Shown piece by piece: positions 8,701-18,267 of a stretch of DNA of 64,000 nt. Below the pieces are notes generated by a model, which was not told where the DNA came from, searched no databases, and saw only the letters and a program-made list of their open reading frames with translations. The DNA comes from a virus (lineage: Duplodnaviria > Caudoviricetes): positions 64,001-128,000 of the IMG/VR virus record IMGVR_UViG_2864522212_000004; one strand, given 5' to 3'. Position 1 is the first letter of the stretch. Every line of letters begins with the position of its first letter. The translations under genes were made by a program, and so were the position numbers.

Positions 8701-9862
8701 TCATGCTGGCGGCGTACTGCGAGTTCAAAAGGTCGTAGCCTTTGTGTCGCAGGTTCATCGCGGCTATCCGGTCGTCGTTGGACCGGTATCCGCAGTTGCG
8801 GCAGACATACAGGTGGCGTTTCTTGTCACGGTTGGCTTTGCGGATTTTCCCGCATTTCGGGCAGGTCTGGCTTGTGTAGGCCGGGTCAACGAACACGACT
8901 TTCTGACCGTTGCGTTTCGCCTTGTATTCGACCATCTGCTGGAATTGGTGGAAACTCCAACTGACCTGAACATACCTGTCCTTGACCCTGACCTGTTCGG
9001 TCGCATTGCGGATTCCCGTAAGGTCTTCGAGAACGAACATCGTATCCCTGTCGTAATGGTTGACGAGTGCCTTAGACGCCTGATGGTTCACATCAGTCAT
9101 CCAACGGTTTTCTCTGTCGCCTATGGTCTTGAGTCGTCTGCGGGCGCTTCGGGTGCCGCGTTTCTGCAACTGTTGACGGAGCCGCTTGTATTTGCCGCGC
9201 TTGCTTTTCACCTCCCCTCCATGTTGGAAGACGGTGGTTTCGCCGTCATAACTGGTGGCGAGCATTCGGATGCCCAAGTCCACGCCCACTATGTTTTTGG
9301 GGCTTGGGGTTGGGTCGGGAACCTGTAGGATGATGGGAATATGCAGGTACCATTTGCCTCGTTTCGATATCAGTCGGGCGGTACCGAAACGTGCCGTACG
9401 GTATTCGTCCGGGATTCCCTTCCATTGGGCTTTCACTTTGATTCTCCCGTCCATGACGGGAAGGCTGAACATTCCCGTCATGGACGAATAGGAGTAGTCG
9501 CGGTTCCACAGCAGGTCAACACCGGCGGACGAGTACTTTGGTCTGGTGGAATAGTATGCCGTCCTCTTTCTCTTGGGGTTTTCTCCGTTCCGGCGTTCCA
9601 TGCGCGAGTGAATTGCCTTGTAGGACGCGATGACCCGCCGTATCGAAGATTGGGTCATCTGGGCCAACAGTCCGTATTTGTCGCGTAGCGGGTGATAGAT
9701 AGCCTCGTTGATTTTCCTCTGGCTGAGGGTGTGGTGTTCTCCAATCCAATCGGATACTTCGTTGCAACAGGAGGTGTAATTGTCACATAGGCGGTTAAGG
9801 GCTTCAGACTCGTGTTTGTTGGTCGTGAGCTTGACTTTCATGGTCAATGCGAGTTCCATCAT
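8666..9862 (-). CDS. tnpB: TnpB RNA-guided endonuclease
   Basis: GVDLG, VLEDL, CPKC/CRNC, DDRIAAMN; RBS GGAGG. Confidence 0.93.
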   Translation of the reverse strand: MMELALTMKVKLTTNKHESEALNRLCDNYTSCCNEVSDWIGEHHTLSQRKINEAIYHPLRDKYGLLAQMTQSSIRRVIASYKAIHSRMERRNGENPKRKRTAYYSTRPKYSSAGVDLLWNRDYSYSSMTGMFSLPVMDGRIKVKAQWKGIPDEYRTARFGTARLISKRGKWYLHIPIILQVPDPTPSPKNIVGVDLGIRMLATSYDGETTVFQHGGEVKSKRGKYKRLRQQLQKRGTRSARRRLKTIGDRENRWMTDVNHQASKALVNHYDRDTMFVLEDLTGIRNATEQVRVKDRYVQVSWSFHQFQQMVEYKAKRNGQKVVFVDPAYTSQTCPKCGKIRKANRDKKRHLYVCRNCGYRSNDDRIAAMNLRHKGYDLLNSQYAASMTDGVRVQSTTL

Positions 9863-9999
9863 ATGCTTCACCTCCAATAAAAAACATTATATCATAATGT
9901 TAGTGGAAAGGAAAGGCATTCACCCACGACCACAAGGGTCGTGGGACCCTGCCTAAAAAATTATGGAAGCCGGGCGCGAAACATTCGAAAGGGTAGCCG

Positions 10000-10266
10000 A
10001 TGGAATTCACCGACAGCGGCGAACTGCGCCGGCAGATTCTCGCCAACCAATATCTGCCCGAACATCTGCGCGAACGGGCGAAGAACGATACAAGCGAATA
10101 CTGCCGTGCCGAGGATGCCGACAATCTGCTGGAAGTCGACCGGCTCACGGGCAACGGGCTCATCCGCTTCTATATGGAGGCCGGCAACGGTTCCATGCAG
10201 GTGGACGTGCCCGAGGAGACCGCCCGAAGCATCGCCCGGTGGATCCTCGACCATACGGACGAGTGA
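10000..10266 (+). CDS. Hypothetical protein
   Basis: RBS GAAAGGG; MEFTDSGELRRQILANQYL... Confidence 0.65.
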   Translation: MEFTDSGELRRQILANQYLPEHLRERAKNDTSEYCRAEDADNLLEVDRLTGNGLIRFYMEAGNGSMQVDVPEETARSIARWILDHTDE

Positions 10267-10571
10267 AGGAGGCAGAAACAAAGAACAGTGCTGGACACTT
10301 GCACAGCGACTCCTCTCTGAAGTCGACCTAGATTGTTCCGACGAATGGCATGAGTATTGGGGGGAGAATGCGCCGCTTTTGGAGGACTCTGCTGATCTTG
10401 CTGAAGCCGAGCAAGCTGAAACTGATCGGATTCGCAGCGAGCAGATGCGTGCTGCAGCCAAGCGGATTGCCGCCGGCATGCCGGAACCGGGTGGGGAGAT
10501 TCATGTCGATTCGTACCGGAAAGCGGATGGTACCGTTGTGCGGGGATACACGTCGGAGACGTTCGCGCTAA
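10267..10571 (+). pseudogene. Start-less gene fragment with a VDSYRKADGTVVRGY motif
   Basis: Protein-like frame with no start or RBS; apparent 1-bp shift before RRRSR*. Confidence 0.4.
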
Positions 10572-10599
10572 AAGCGGCGTGCAATCCGCTTGCCGATGA

Positions 10600-11022
10600 T
10601 TAATACTCCATGGTTTGCCCGTAGTCGTCGTATTGTTCTTCCGTCTCGGCTTTGCGCCGGCCTTTTTCCTGTATTTCGCTGGTTTGGTCGGCGCCGCTGA
10701 TTTCGGTGCGTCGGCCGATCCAACCGATGATGGTGAATGTGATGCAGAAGATGATGAGCAGTGTGCCGATGATGGCGATGATGCCGAGGATTCGACCGTA
10801 GCTGTGTGCTTGGCCGGTCAACCATTGGATGACATTCGCCGCTGTCATGTCGTTCGCGTATTCGGGACTGTCCAATAATAGTTCTGCACGTTGGTTGTTG
10901 ATGCCGAGAAAATAGGATGCGTAGCCGACTAGGGGAGCGGCCACTGCGGTCAGTATTCCTGCAGCCCACATGAGGAACTGGTATCGGTTATACCATTTAC
11001 TGATTTTCCAAAAAATACCCAT
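10600..11022 (-). CDS. Two-TM membrane protein
   Basis: 140-aa ORF with two hydrophobic helices. Confidence 0.65.
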   Translation of the reverse strand: MGIFWKISKWYNRYQFLMWAAGILTAVAAPLVGYASYFLGINNQRAELLLDSPEYANDMTAANVIQWLTGQAHSYGRILGIIAIIGTLLIIFCITFTIIGWIGRRTEISGADQTSEIQEKGRRKAETEEQYDDYGQTMEY

Positions 11023-11311
11023 GACCCCATTGAACCAGTCAAAGGCAAAGAGAAGCCCCTAAAGTCCTAAGATATTCAATCTTCCGTTTGAGCTTTAGCA
11101 ATGCCCTTTTTCATTCCTCTGGTCGGGCTCATCCTGTGGATGATCTGGAAGAACGACCGTCCAAGGGACGCGGGCATGGCAGGTCGGCTTCCCGGGACAA
11201 AACCGAACCAATATTCGAACAGATGTTCTATTACGGTGGGGGCGGACGCCCCGCACCGGCCGACGGGAACGCCACGGCCGACGCGGAGCACGCCGCGTTC
11301 CAGCAACATGG

Positions 11312-11330
11312 TGGTACAATTTCTTGTACA
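11312..11330 (+). promoter_or_regulatory. TA promoter/operator
   Basis: Extended -10 TGGTACAAT overlapped by the palindrome GTACAA-TTTC-TTGTAC; TGTACA-type cores are typical of YefM/Axe operators. Confidence 0.7.
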
Positions 11331-11345
11331 AATAGGAGGTGCGTG

Positions 11346-11612
11346 ATGACACAGGCCGTGGCCTACAGCAATTTCAGGGCGAATCTCAAGACCTACATGC
11401 GCAGGGTCAACGAGGACGCCGACACCCTTCTCGTGACCAACGCGAACCCGGAGGACAACGTGGTCGTCATGAGCGCCGACGACTACGATTCGCTCATGGA
11501 GACGCTGCGCGTCTACCAGAACCCATATCTGAGCGACAAGGTGATGCGCGGCATGGCGCAGGTACGGCAGGGCCAGACGATGGCCCACGACCTTGTCGAA
11601 GCGGGCGCGTGA
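11346..11612 (+). CDS. yefM: Phd/YefM antitoxin
   Basis: AVAYSNFRANLKTYMRRVNED...VVVMSADDYDSLMETL; RBS GGAGG. Confidence 0.92.
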   Translation: MTQAVAYSNFRANLKTYMRRVNEDADTLLVTNANPEDNVVVMSADDYDSLMETLRVYQNPYLSDKVMRGMAQVRQGQTMAHDLVEAGA

Positions 11613-11866
11613 TGCTGCTCTGCTGGACCGAAGACGCCTGGGCCGACTACCTGTACTGGCAATCCCAGGACCGCAGGACCCTCAAACGCGTCAACACGCT
11701 CATCCGGGACATGCAGCGTACCCCGTTCGAAGGCATCGGCAAGCCCGAACCCCTCAAATGGGGCCTGTCCGGCGCATGGTCGCGGCGCATCGACTCAGCC
11801 AACCGCATCATCTACACCGTCGCCGACGACAGGCTCTGCATCCTCTCCGCGAAGGACCACTACTGA
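11609..11866 (+). CDS. yoeB: Txe/YoeB toxin
   Basis: AWADYLYWQ...PFEGIGKPEPLK...WSRRID...HY; overlaps the yefM stop. Confidence 0.95.
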   Translation: MMLLCWTEDAWADYLYWQSQDRRTLKRVNTLIRDMQRTPFEGIGKPEPLKWGLSGAWSRRIDSANRIIYTVADDRLCILSAKDHY

Positions 11867-12035
11867 ACGACATGGGGCGGAACGGCTCGTGTGCCTTATC
11901 GACGCTTTCGCCAGGCCGCGAACAGTCCCGCCGCCAATGATTCTCCGAACAAAGCTTGACGCCGTCGGCAACGCGAAGAGGTGGCGCATTCCGCGAAGAC
12001 GGGAAGCGCCCACCCTTTTGGGATGGAAGAGAGAA

Positions 12036-13055
12036 TCAGCTGCAGGGTACCTGGACGCCTGGTTTGCCACTGGTATCAACCGCCCAGCAAATATCCTCGT
12101 ACCCGTCATCACCGCCGCCGCCCTGGGACGGCTGTGGCGCGGGCTGCGGCTGTGGCGTCGGCGTATAACCGCCTCCGGTCGAACCACCTGTGGACTGCTG
12201 TGGAGTGTACGTGTAGCCGCCACCGCCCTGGGATTGCGTGTAGCCGCCACCGGTGTATCCGGTGTATCCTCCGGTTGTTCCACCCATGTAGGAGCCGCTG
12301 TTATCCGCCTGCGCCTGGGCGGCATTGTCGGCCGCTTGCTCCTCCTTTTCGGCCTTGGCCTTCGCGTCCGCGTCCGACTTGGCTTTGATGGAGTCGTTGA
12401 CCGCCTTCACCGCATCCGAGATCGCCTTCCCGTCCCTCGATCTGATGGCGTCCTCCAATGCGGCGCGAACCTTGTCGTCCTCCACCCTGCCCTTCGAATC
12501 ATTCAGGATCTTGGTCGCGTCGGCAACGATCTTGTCGAGTTTCGAACCGTTCACGGCATCCGCCCTGTCCGCGACCTCGCTCACGGTCCTGGAATATGCG
12601 GTCGCAAGACCGTCGATCTCCTTCGTCATCGCCCTGATATCAGTCAGATTGCCGGAGGGGCATTCCGGAATGGTCGTCTTCGTCTTCTCGGCGGTCTTCA
12701 CGGTCGAGGTCAATACGGCGACCGTTTTCGCGTCCTTGACCTCCGAATCCTTGACCGTGATTGCGGTCTTCACCGCATCCGACTCCAGATACTCCGTCAG
12801 CTTCTTCTGCGCCTTCACCGCCTTGTCGTATGAGGTGGCGCATTCCTCTGAAGCCGCCGTCAACTGATTATGGTTCCAATACAGGTATCCACCGGTGCCG
12901 ACAGCCGCCAAAACAACGACGGCAGTACCCCCAGCAATCAACGGAACCAGCCACTTCGGATGCTTACGATCCGGAGGTAGGTGGACTTCGAATTCCGTCA
13001 CCGGCTCAACCGGTGGCGTGACGTTCATGTTCATAGGTTCTTCTTTCTCATTCAT
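12036..13055 (-). CDS. Membrane-anchored helical protein with a Gly/Pro-rich tail
   Basis: N-terminal TM helix, Ala/Lys-rich helices, GGYT/PQP tail, paired Cys. Confidence 0.75.
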   Translation of the reverse strand: MNEKEEPMNMNVTPPVEPVTEFEVHLPPDRKHPKWLVPLIAGGTAVVVLAAVGTGGYLYWNHNQLTAASEECATSYDKAVKAQKKLTEYLESDAVKTAITVKDSEVKDAKTVAVLTSTVKTAEKTKTTIPECPSGNLTDIRAMTKEIDGLATAYSRTVSEVADRADAVNGSKLDKIVADATKILNDSKGRVEDDKVRAALEDAIRSRDGKAISDAVKAVNDSIKAKSDADAKAKAEKEEQAADNAAQAQADNSGSYMGGTTGGYTGYTGGGYTQSQGGGGYTYTPQQSTGGSTGGGYTPTPQPQPAPQPSQGGGGDDGYEDICWAVDTSGKPGVQVPCS

Positions 13056-13200
13056 TTGTCTTTCCTTATACTATGTCGGTCAGGCTGAACCGTGTCTCCA
13101 ATACACGGTCGCCGTCCAGGCCTTGTTTCGTGGACAATTTCAGAATGCATCCAATGATATGCGCTTGCAAGCGCAACGGTAAGGTGGCCGCTCACAAAAA

Positions 13201-13254
13201 ATATCGGTCAATTTCAATAAAAAACCGGTTAATTACAAGATTTGACGTTATGGT
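13201..13254 (+). promoter_or_regulatory. Box B promoter (CGGT-N17-CGGT-N19-TATGGT)
   Basis: CGGT at 13205 and 13226, -10 at 13249; near-identical to the reverse complement of 36287-36340. Confidence 0.65.
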
Positions 13255-13319
13255 AAAAACCGCAAGAGTCCAGTGACCATCACTGGTGACAAAATATCCT
13301 TCCTATCAGAGGAGACGAT

Positions 13320-16289
13320 ATGGGGAGAAACAACAATCCCACTCGCGGTTCCACAATCCGACATGTGGTCCGCACGATCGCGGCGGCCAGTGCGGCCGTC
13401 GCCACTTTGGCGGCGGGGTTGCTCGTCGCGGGCACGGCCGACGCGGCCACCATGCGCGACCCGTTCGAACGCTCCATCCAGAACGGCAACCCCGGTTTGT
13501 GGACGAACGTGGGCACGATCACGTTCAGCAACGGGAAGAAGTACGAGAACATGGCGCAGTCGCTGGGCGTCGTCGACAGGGTCAACGGCAAGAACACGTA
13601 CTGCATCGAGGCCGGCACGCTCTACACGGGCACGACGGGCGACTGGGGCGACTGGACGGACGAGCGGACGAAACCGGACGCGCAGCGGCTCGCCTGGCTG
13701 GCCGACAGGTACAACGGGGACCGGGATGATCTCACGCAGGCCGCGATCGCGGGCCTCATCCACCAGAAGCTCGACCCGATGGGCAACGAATACCTGAGCG
13801 GCCTCCGGCAGCTCGGCTGGGCGGACGAGCCCAGCTGGGACGCGTACACGGCGAAGATGAACAGCCTGTGGACGGAGGCGGTCAACGGCACGCCCAAGGA
13901 CCTCGACATGCAATACCGGTACACGACCGGCAAAAGGAAAGGCCTAGTCACCCCGAGCATCATGAACGGGAACGGCGTCGAAATCGCGGGCATCCAGTAC
14001 ACCGTGACCCTGAAGGGCCCGGCCGTGTTCGACCAGACCGGCACGAACACGATCAGCGGCACCACCACGAACGAGGCCATCCACCTGTCATGGACCGCAA
14101 CAGGCAATGGCAAGGTTACTAGCATTGTTCAGCATAAGATCCCGAAGGCCACCAGACTGGAATCCCCGAACCAGAACCTGATGGGCCCGACCGACCCCCA
14201 GACCGTGTCGAAGAACATCCAGTTCGAGGTGCTGAACAACTTCAAGCCGACCATCCAGTCCGACCAGTCGGACCATCGCATCGAATACGGGCATGCGCCC
14301 GAGGATGATCTGACCTGGCATGTGGACCCGACGGGCGGCGACTGGATCCAGGGCGCGACCATCAAGAGCACCGGCACCCTCTACTACTTCGCGAAGAAGC
14401 CGGTCGAGGGCCGGACGACCGTCAAGGATGGGGTGAAGGCCGCGACCGCGACCGTCGCCGGCGACAGGGACGGTGCCACCAGTCATGTGGACGCCTCCTC
14501 CATCGCCATGGACCCCGGTTTCGTGAAGGCCCACCCGGGAGCCACCCCGTCGAGCCTGCCCGCCACCGGCTGGTACACGTGGGTGTGGGAGATCACGCCC
14601 GGCATGCAGGACGCCAACATGAGGCAGTACCTGTCCCCGGACTACGACTGGTCTGACAACGTGCTGGAAGCGGAGACCACGCTGCACGTGCGCGGCATGC
14701 AGCCGACCATCACGTCCAGCGTGTCCGCCGCCTACAGGACCGACCAGAGCAAGGTGACCGGCGCCGACGGCATCGAACGGCCCGCCGTCCAGATCGGCTC
14801 CGCGGCCGCGTCCGACAGGACCGATGTCGTCTACCTTGAAAAGGGCGGCGTCATCCGCGACAAGGTCACGCTGGGCGTGTCCGACGTGAACGGTGACGGC
14901 AAGACCGACACCGCCGACTGGCTGCACACCAAGGACGGCCAGGGCGAAGGCAGGGAAACGGAAGCCAACCAGATCACCATCCGCGTGAACGGCACGCTCT
15001 ACGGGGGCATGACCCGCGAACAGGCCGAACAGGCGCAGAAGGATACCGCCGCAGGCAAGACCGTCGAACTGCCCAAGCAGGCCGTGAAGCTCGCCACCAC
15101 CACGTTCACGACGAACAAGGCCGGCGACTACCTCCTGTCCAGCAGGAAGGGCGAGAGGCCTGCCGGCGTGTGGAAGGCCGAAAACGGGATCGACCTGACG
15201 AACCCGCCATCCGGATACGCGACGTTCGTGTACGACATCGCCAACAGGGACCAGGACACGAAAAACCAGACCGGCATCGAACCGTCCAGGGACTACCCGT
15301 TCGCCAAGGACGTGCACGAAGCCCCGTTCACGGCGGATGAGACCGTCATGTTCCGCCTCACCCCGAAGCTCGACTCCACAGTGTCCAGCAAGGAAGTCAA
15401 GGCGGGGGAGACCACCGTCGACAAGCTCGTCGTCGCCAAGACCAACGAAAAGGACGTGTGGCCCACCTACCCGGAGACCAACGTCACCGAAGGCGAAACC
15501 CCGAAGGGCACCCCGCTGAGCCTCGACTTCCACGGCGTCCTCTACAAGGTGAGTGACGACCCGTCCGCCGCGATCGAGGAAACCGACACCGTGCCCGAAA
15601 ACGCGGTGAAGGTTCACGAAACCGACATCAAGGATGTCACCAAGTTCGGCACCTACACGACCGACTCGTTCACCCTGACCGAATCGGGCACCTACGCTTG
15701 GCATTGGGTCATGACACCGAGCCTGACCGGCGACCAGAACCATAATCCGCTCGCCGCCCTCGCATGGCGTCAGCTCACCCACGGCAAGGTGCAGCACGCT
15801 TTCGGACTCGCATCCGAGATCGTGCGCGTCCGGAAGCCTGAAACACCGAAGTGCGAGGTGTCCACAAAGTCGCAGGGTGAGGTCACGTTCGAAAACGGCA
15901 AGGCCGACCTGCACGATGAGCTCCTGCTTAAGAACTGCTCGGATGCGGCCAAGGCTGAATTCGAATTGTGGAGGCAGGCCGACGGCGACCAGTCGGGAGA
16001 CGTGCTCATCACCGTCACCGGCAAGGTCGACGCGAAGGACGGCATCCACTCGCCGACCGTGACCGTGCATGAAACCGGCACCTACTACTGGCGTGAGAAG
16101 GTGTACGACCAGACGGGCAAGCTTATCTCCTATGGTGACGCGCGCAAACCGAACGAGACTGTGCTCGTCAAGGAGAAGGGTCTCGCCTCCACCGGTGTCG
16201 GCACCCCGATGCTCCTGTGGGCCGGGGTCCTCGCCGGAGCTGGTATCGCTCTCGCTCTGGCTGGTTCGAGGAAGCGTATCCGCCTGTAA
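13320..16289 (+). CDS. Sortase-anchored surface protein/adhesin (LASTG)
   Basis: Signal peptide ending ADA; YCIE motif; beta-rich body; LASTG + TM + RKRIRL tail. Confidence 0.88.
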   Translation: MGRNNNPTRGSTIRHVVRTIAAASAAVATLAAGLLVAGTADAATMRDPFERSIQNGNPGLWTNVGTITFSNGKKYENMAQSLGVVDRVNGKNTYCIEAGTLYTGTTGDWGDWTDERTKPDAQRLAWLADRYNGDRDDLTQAAIAGLIHQKLDPMGNEYLSGLRQLGWADEPSWDAYTAKMNSLWTEAVNGTPKDLDMQYRYTTGKRKGLVTPSIMNGNGVEIAGIQYTVTLKGPAVFDQTGTNTISGTTTNEAIHLSWTATGNGKVTSIVQHKIPKATRLESPNQNLMGPTDPQTVSKNIQFEVLNNFKPTIQSDQSDHRIEYGHAPEDDLTWHVDPTGGDWIQGATIKSTGTLYYFAKKPVEGRTTVKDGVKAATATVAGDRDGATSHVDASSIAMDPGFVKAHPGATPSSLPATGWYTWVWEITPGMQDANMRQYLSPDYDWSDNVLEAETTLHVRGMQPTITSSVSAAYRTDQSKVTGADGIERPAVQIGSAAASDRTDVVYLEKGGVIRDKVTLGVSDVNGDGKTDTADWLHTKDGQGEGRETEANQITIRVNGTLYGGMTREQAEQAQKDTAAGKTVELPKQAVKLATTTFTTNKAGDYLLSSRKGERPAGVWKAENGIDLTNPPSGYATFVYDIANRDQDTKNQTGIEPSRDYPFAKDVHEAPFTADETVMFRLTPKLDSTVSSKEVKAGETTVDKLVVAKTNEKDVWPTYPETNVTEGETPKGTPLSLDFHGVLYKVSDDPSAAIEETDTVPENAVKVHETDIKDVTKFGTYTTDSFTLTESGTYAWHWVMTPSLTGDQNHNPLAALAWRQLTHGKVQHAFGLASEIVRVRKPETPKCEVSTKSQGEVTFENGKADLHDELLLKNCSDAAKAEFELWRQADGDQSGDVLITVTGKVDAKDGIHSPTVTVHETGTYYWREKVYDQTGKLISYGDARKPNETVLVKEKGLASTGVGTPMLLWAGVLAGAGIALALAGSRKRIRL

Positions 16290-16318
16290 GGCGGTCACGC
16301 TGATCGGATAGAAACCTT

Positions 16319-16427
16319 GATGGGCTCATTCCGCCGTAGTGGAGTGAGCCCATCCTGCTAAAAGGGGTATGTCGGATTGGTATCAGGTTTTTCTCCTCTG
16401 TCCTGATGCTTATCCGACATGCCTTTT
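16319..16427. terminator. Two tandem stem-loops between the adhesin gene and the ssb promoter
   Basis: GATGGGCTCA/TGAGCCCATC at 16319-16354, and a longer imperfect hairpin at 16361-16427 ending in a T-run. Confidence 0.6.
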
Positions 16428-16433
16428 CTTCGT

Positions 16434-16465
16434 ATATGCTTGTTATACTGAATATGTTCACATAG
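16434..16465 (+). promoter_or_regulatory. Box A copy 3 (ssb/methyltransferase operon)
   Basis: ATATGCTTGTTATACTGAATATGTTCACATAG. Confidence 0.75.
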
Positions 16466-16491
16466 AAAAAAAATAAGGAGACCAGGAACCC

Positions 16492-17082
16492 ATGGCAGGA
16501 GAGCCGACACTCACACTCGCAGGCAATATCACAGCAAACCCCGAGCAGAGGGGAGATACGGTCACTTTCACCATCGCGCACAATACGCGTCGACGTGACC
16601 GTAACGGGCAGACCGTGGATGGGGATGCCGTATTCATGCGATGCGCAGCATTCGGAGACCTCGCCCAGAACATCATGCGCTCCTGCTATAAGGGCATGCG
16701 CGTGGTAGCCACCGGTTACATGAAAACCAACAATTGGACGGACAAGACCACCGGCCAACAGCGTAGCAATCTTGAAATGATCGTCACCGATTTGGGTGTC
16801 AGCCTCCGGTTCGGCGTCACGCAATTTCAGAAGACCAGCGGCCAACAGTCCAACGGCAACGGCTACCGGCAGAACAATTACGGCGGCGGATACCAGCAGC
16901 CGAACAACGGCTATCAGCAAGGCGCATACAACAACTACCAGCAGCAGGGTTACAGCCAACAGGCTCCCGCACAGACACCGGCGCAACCTGCAGCACCCTC
17001 ACAGCCCGCAATGGATCCGTGGGCTACGACCACGCCAGCCAGCACGGATCCGAACGGCGACGGCACCGACCCGGAATTCTAA
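16492..17082 (+). CDS. ssb: Single-stranded DNA-binding protein
   Basis: Actinobacterial SSB OB-fold (LAGNITANPE...KGMRVVATG), Q/G-rich linker, acidic DPEF tail. Confidence 0.95.
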   Translation: MAGEPTLTLAGNITANPEQRGDTVTFTIAHNTRRRDRNGQTVDGDAVFMRCAAFGDLAQNIMRSCYKGMRVVATGYMKTNNWTDKTTGQQRSNLEMIVTDLGVSLRFGVTQFQKTSGQQSNGNGYRQNNYGGGYQQPNNGYQQGAYNNYQQQGYSQQAPAQTPAQPAAPSQPAMDPWATTTPASTDPNGDGTDPEF

Positions 17083-17094
17083 ACGGTTCCGACA

Positions 17095-18225
17095 TTGATC
17101 AACCTGGAAGATCTGGGCGACAACCTCCGCCTATACAAGGGGGATTGTCGCCGGCTCATCGCCTCCTTACCGGACAACAGCGTGGATTCCGTCGTTACCG
17201 ACCCGCCGTATGAGATCGGTTTCATGAACCGCAGCTTCGATTCCACAGGCATCGCGTTCGACGTGGACCTGTGGAAGGATATCCTGCGCGTCCTGAAGCC
17301 GGGCGGGCATGTGGCGGCGTTCGCGGCCAGCCGCACCTATCATCGGCTGGCATGCGCCATCGAGGATGCGGGCTTCGAAATCCGCGACCAGATCGACTGG
17401 GTGTACGCGTCCGGCATGCCACACGGTTCGGATGCGACGCTCATGATCGACCGGGAACGCCGCGAGGATGTGGAGCCGACGCGATCCGAGACGGCGAAAC
17501 CGTTCAAAGGCTGGTACAGCCAGCTGAAGCCCGCGCACGAACCCATCTGTCTGGCCCGCAAGCCGTTGGACGGGAATCTCGCCCACAATCTGCTCGGACA
17601 TGGGACAGGCGCACTGCATATCGACGCATGCCGCGTCCCATTCCGCAACACGGCGGACGAGGCGGAGTCGAAGGGCAAGAACCAGCATGGACGGTTCGGC
17701 TCCGGGCCGAGAGACAACCATGTATATGGTGCGGACAAAGCGAATCGCACCGACTACACGGCTGCCGCCCGTTTCACGCCGAACATGCTGTTCGACCAGT
17801 CCACGGCCAAGGAACTCGACCGACAGTCCGGCGTCACCGTCAGTCGAAAAGGCAAACCACGCGCAAGCACGAAACCCGGTGACGGCTGGGGCATGACCCA
17901 TACCGGTGCCGAATATGACGATATGGGCGGCGCGAGTCGATTCTACCCGGTTTTCAGGTATTGTCCGAAAGCCTCATCGGCTGAGCGGCCGAAAGTCGAC
18001 GGCATCCTCCATCCGACAGTCAAACCGGTCGAACTCATGCGCTGGCTTGTCCGTCTCGTCACCCCGGCGGATGGTCTCGTGCTGGAGCCGTTCGCCGGCA
18101 GCGGCACCACATTGGAAGCATGCCTACTCGAACACATGCAATGCACGGCAAGCGAACTCGATCCCGACTACATCAAGCTGATCCACGCACGACTCAGCAA
18201 ACCAATACAAAACGAACTTTTCTAG
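17095..18225 (+). CDS. Orphan N4/N6 DNA methyltransferase (beta class)
   Basis: TDPPY precedes HPTVKP and EPFAGSGT; no adjacent restriction nuclease. Confidence 0.92.
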   Translation: MINLEDLGDNLRLYKGDCRRLIASLPDNSVDSVVTDPPYEIGFMNRSFDSTGIAFDVDLWKDILRVLKPGGHVAAFAASRTYHRLACAIEDAGFEIRDQIDWVYASGMPHGSDATLMIDRERREDVEPTRSETAKPFKGWYSQLKPAHEPICLARKPLDGNLAHNLLGHGTGALHIDACRVPFRNTADEAESKGKNQHGRFGSGPRDNHVYGADKANRTDYTAAARFTPNMLFDQSTAKELDRQSGVTVSRKGKPRASTKPGDGWGMTHTGAEYDDMGGASRFYPVFRYCPKASSAERPKVDGILHPTVKPVELMRWLVRLVTPADGLVLEPFAGSGTTLEACLLEHMQCTASELDPDYIKLIHARLSKPIQNELF

Positions 18226-18231
18226 AAAGAA

Positions 18232-18267
18232 GTCAACTACCTCATCCGTAAGGGCGAGGTAGTTGAC
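18232..18267. mobile_element. 36-bp palindromic IS200/IS605-end derivative (PATE-like)
   Basis: GTCAACTACCTC-N12-GAGGTAGTTGAC; the same GTTGAC terminus as the tnpB element at 8571. Confidence 0.55.

Larger units (their letters stand above)
8571..9962 (-). mobile_element. Non-autonomous IS200/IS605-family element (tnpB only, IS1341-like)
   Basis: Right end (minus strand) CAAG-hairpin(CCGCAATG/CATTGCGG)-TCGTTGAC; left-end hairpin CCCACGACC/GGTCGTGGG at 9923-9945; no tnpA. Left boundary is inferred. Confidence 0.85.

Noticed and set aside
16290-16430. tRNA or other structured RNA gene
   Set aside because: Simple hairpins only; no cloverleaf or T-loop consensus found by eye here or elsewhere. 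tRNAscan-SE/Infernal would be decisive.
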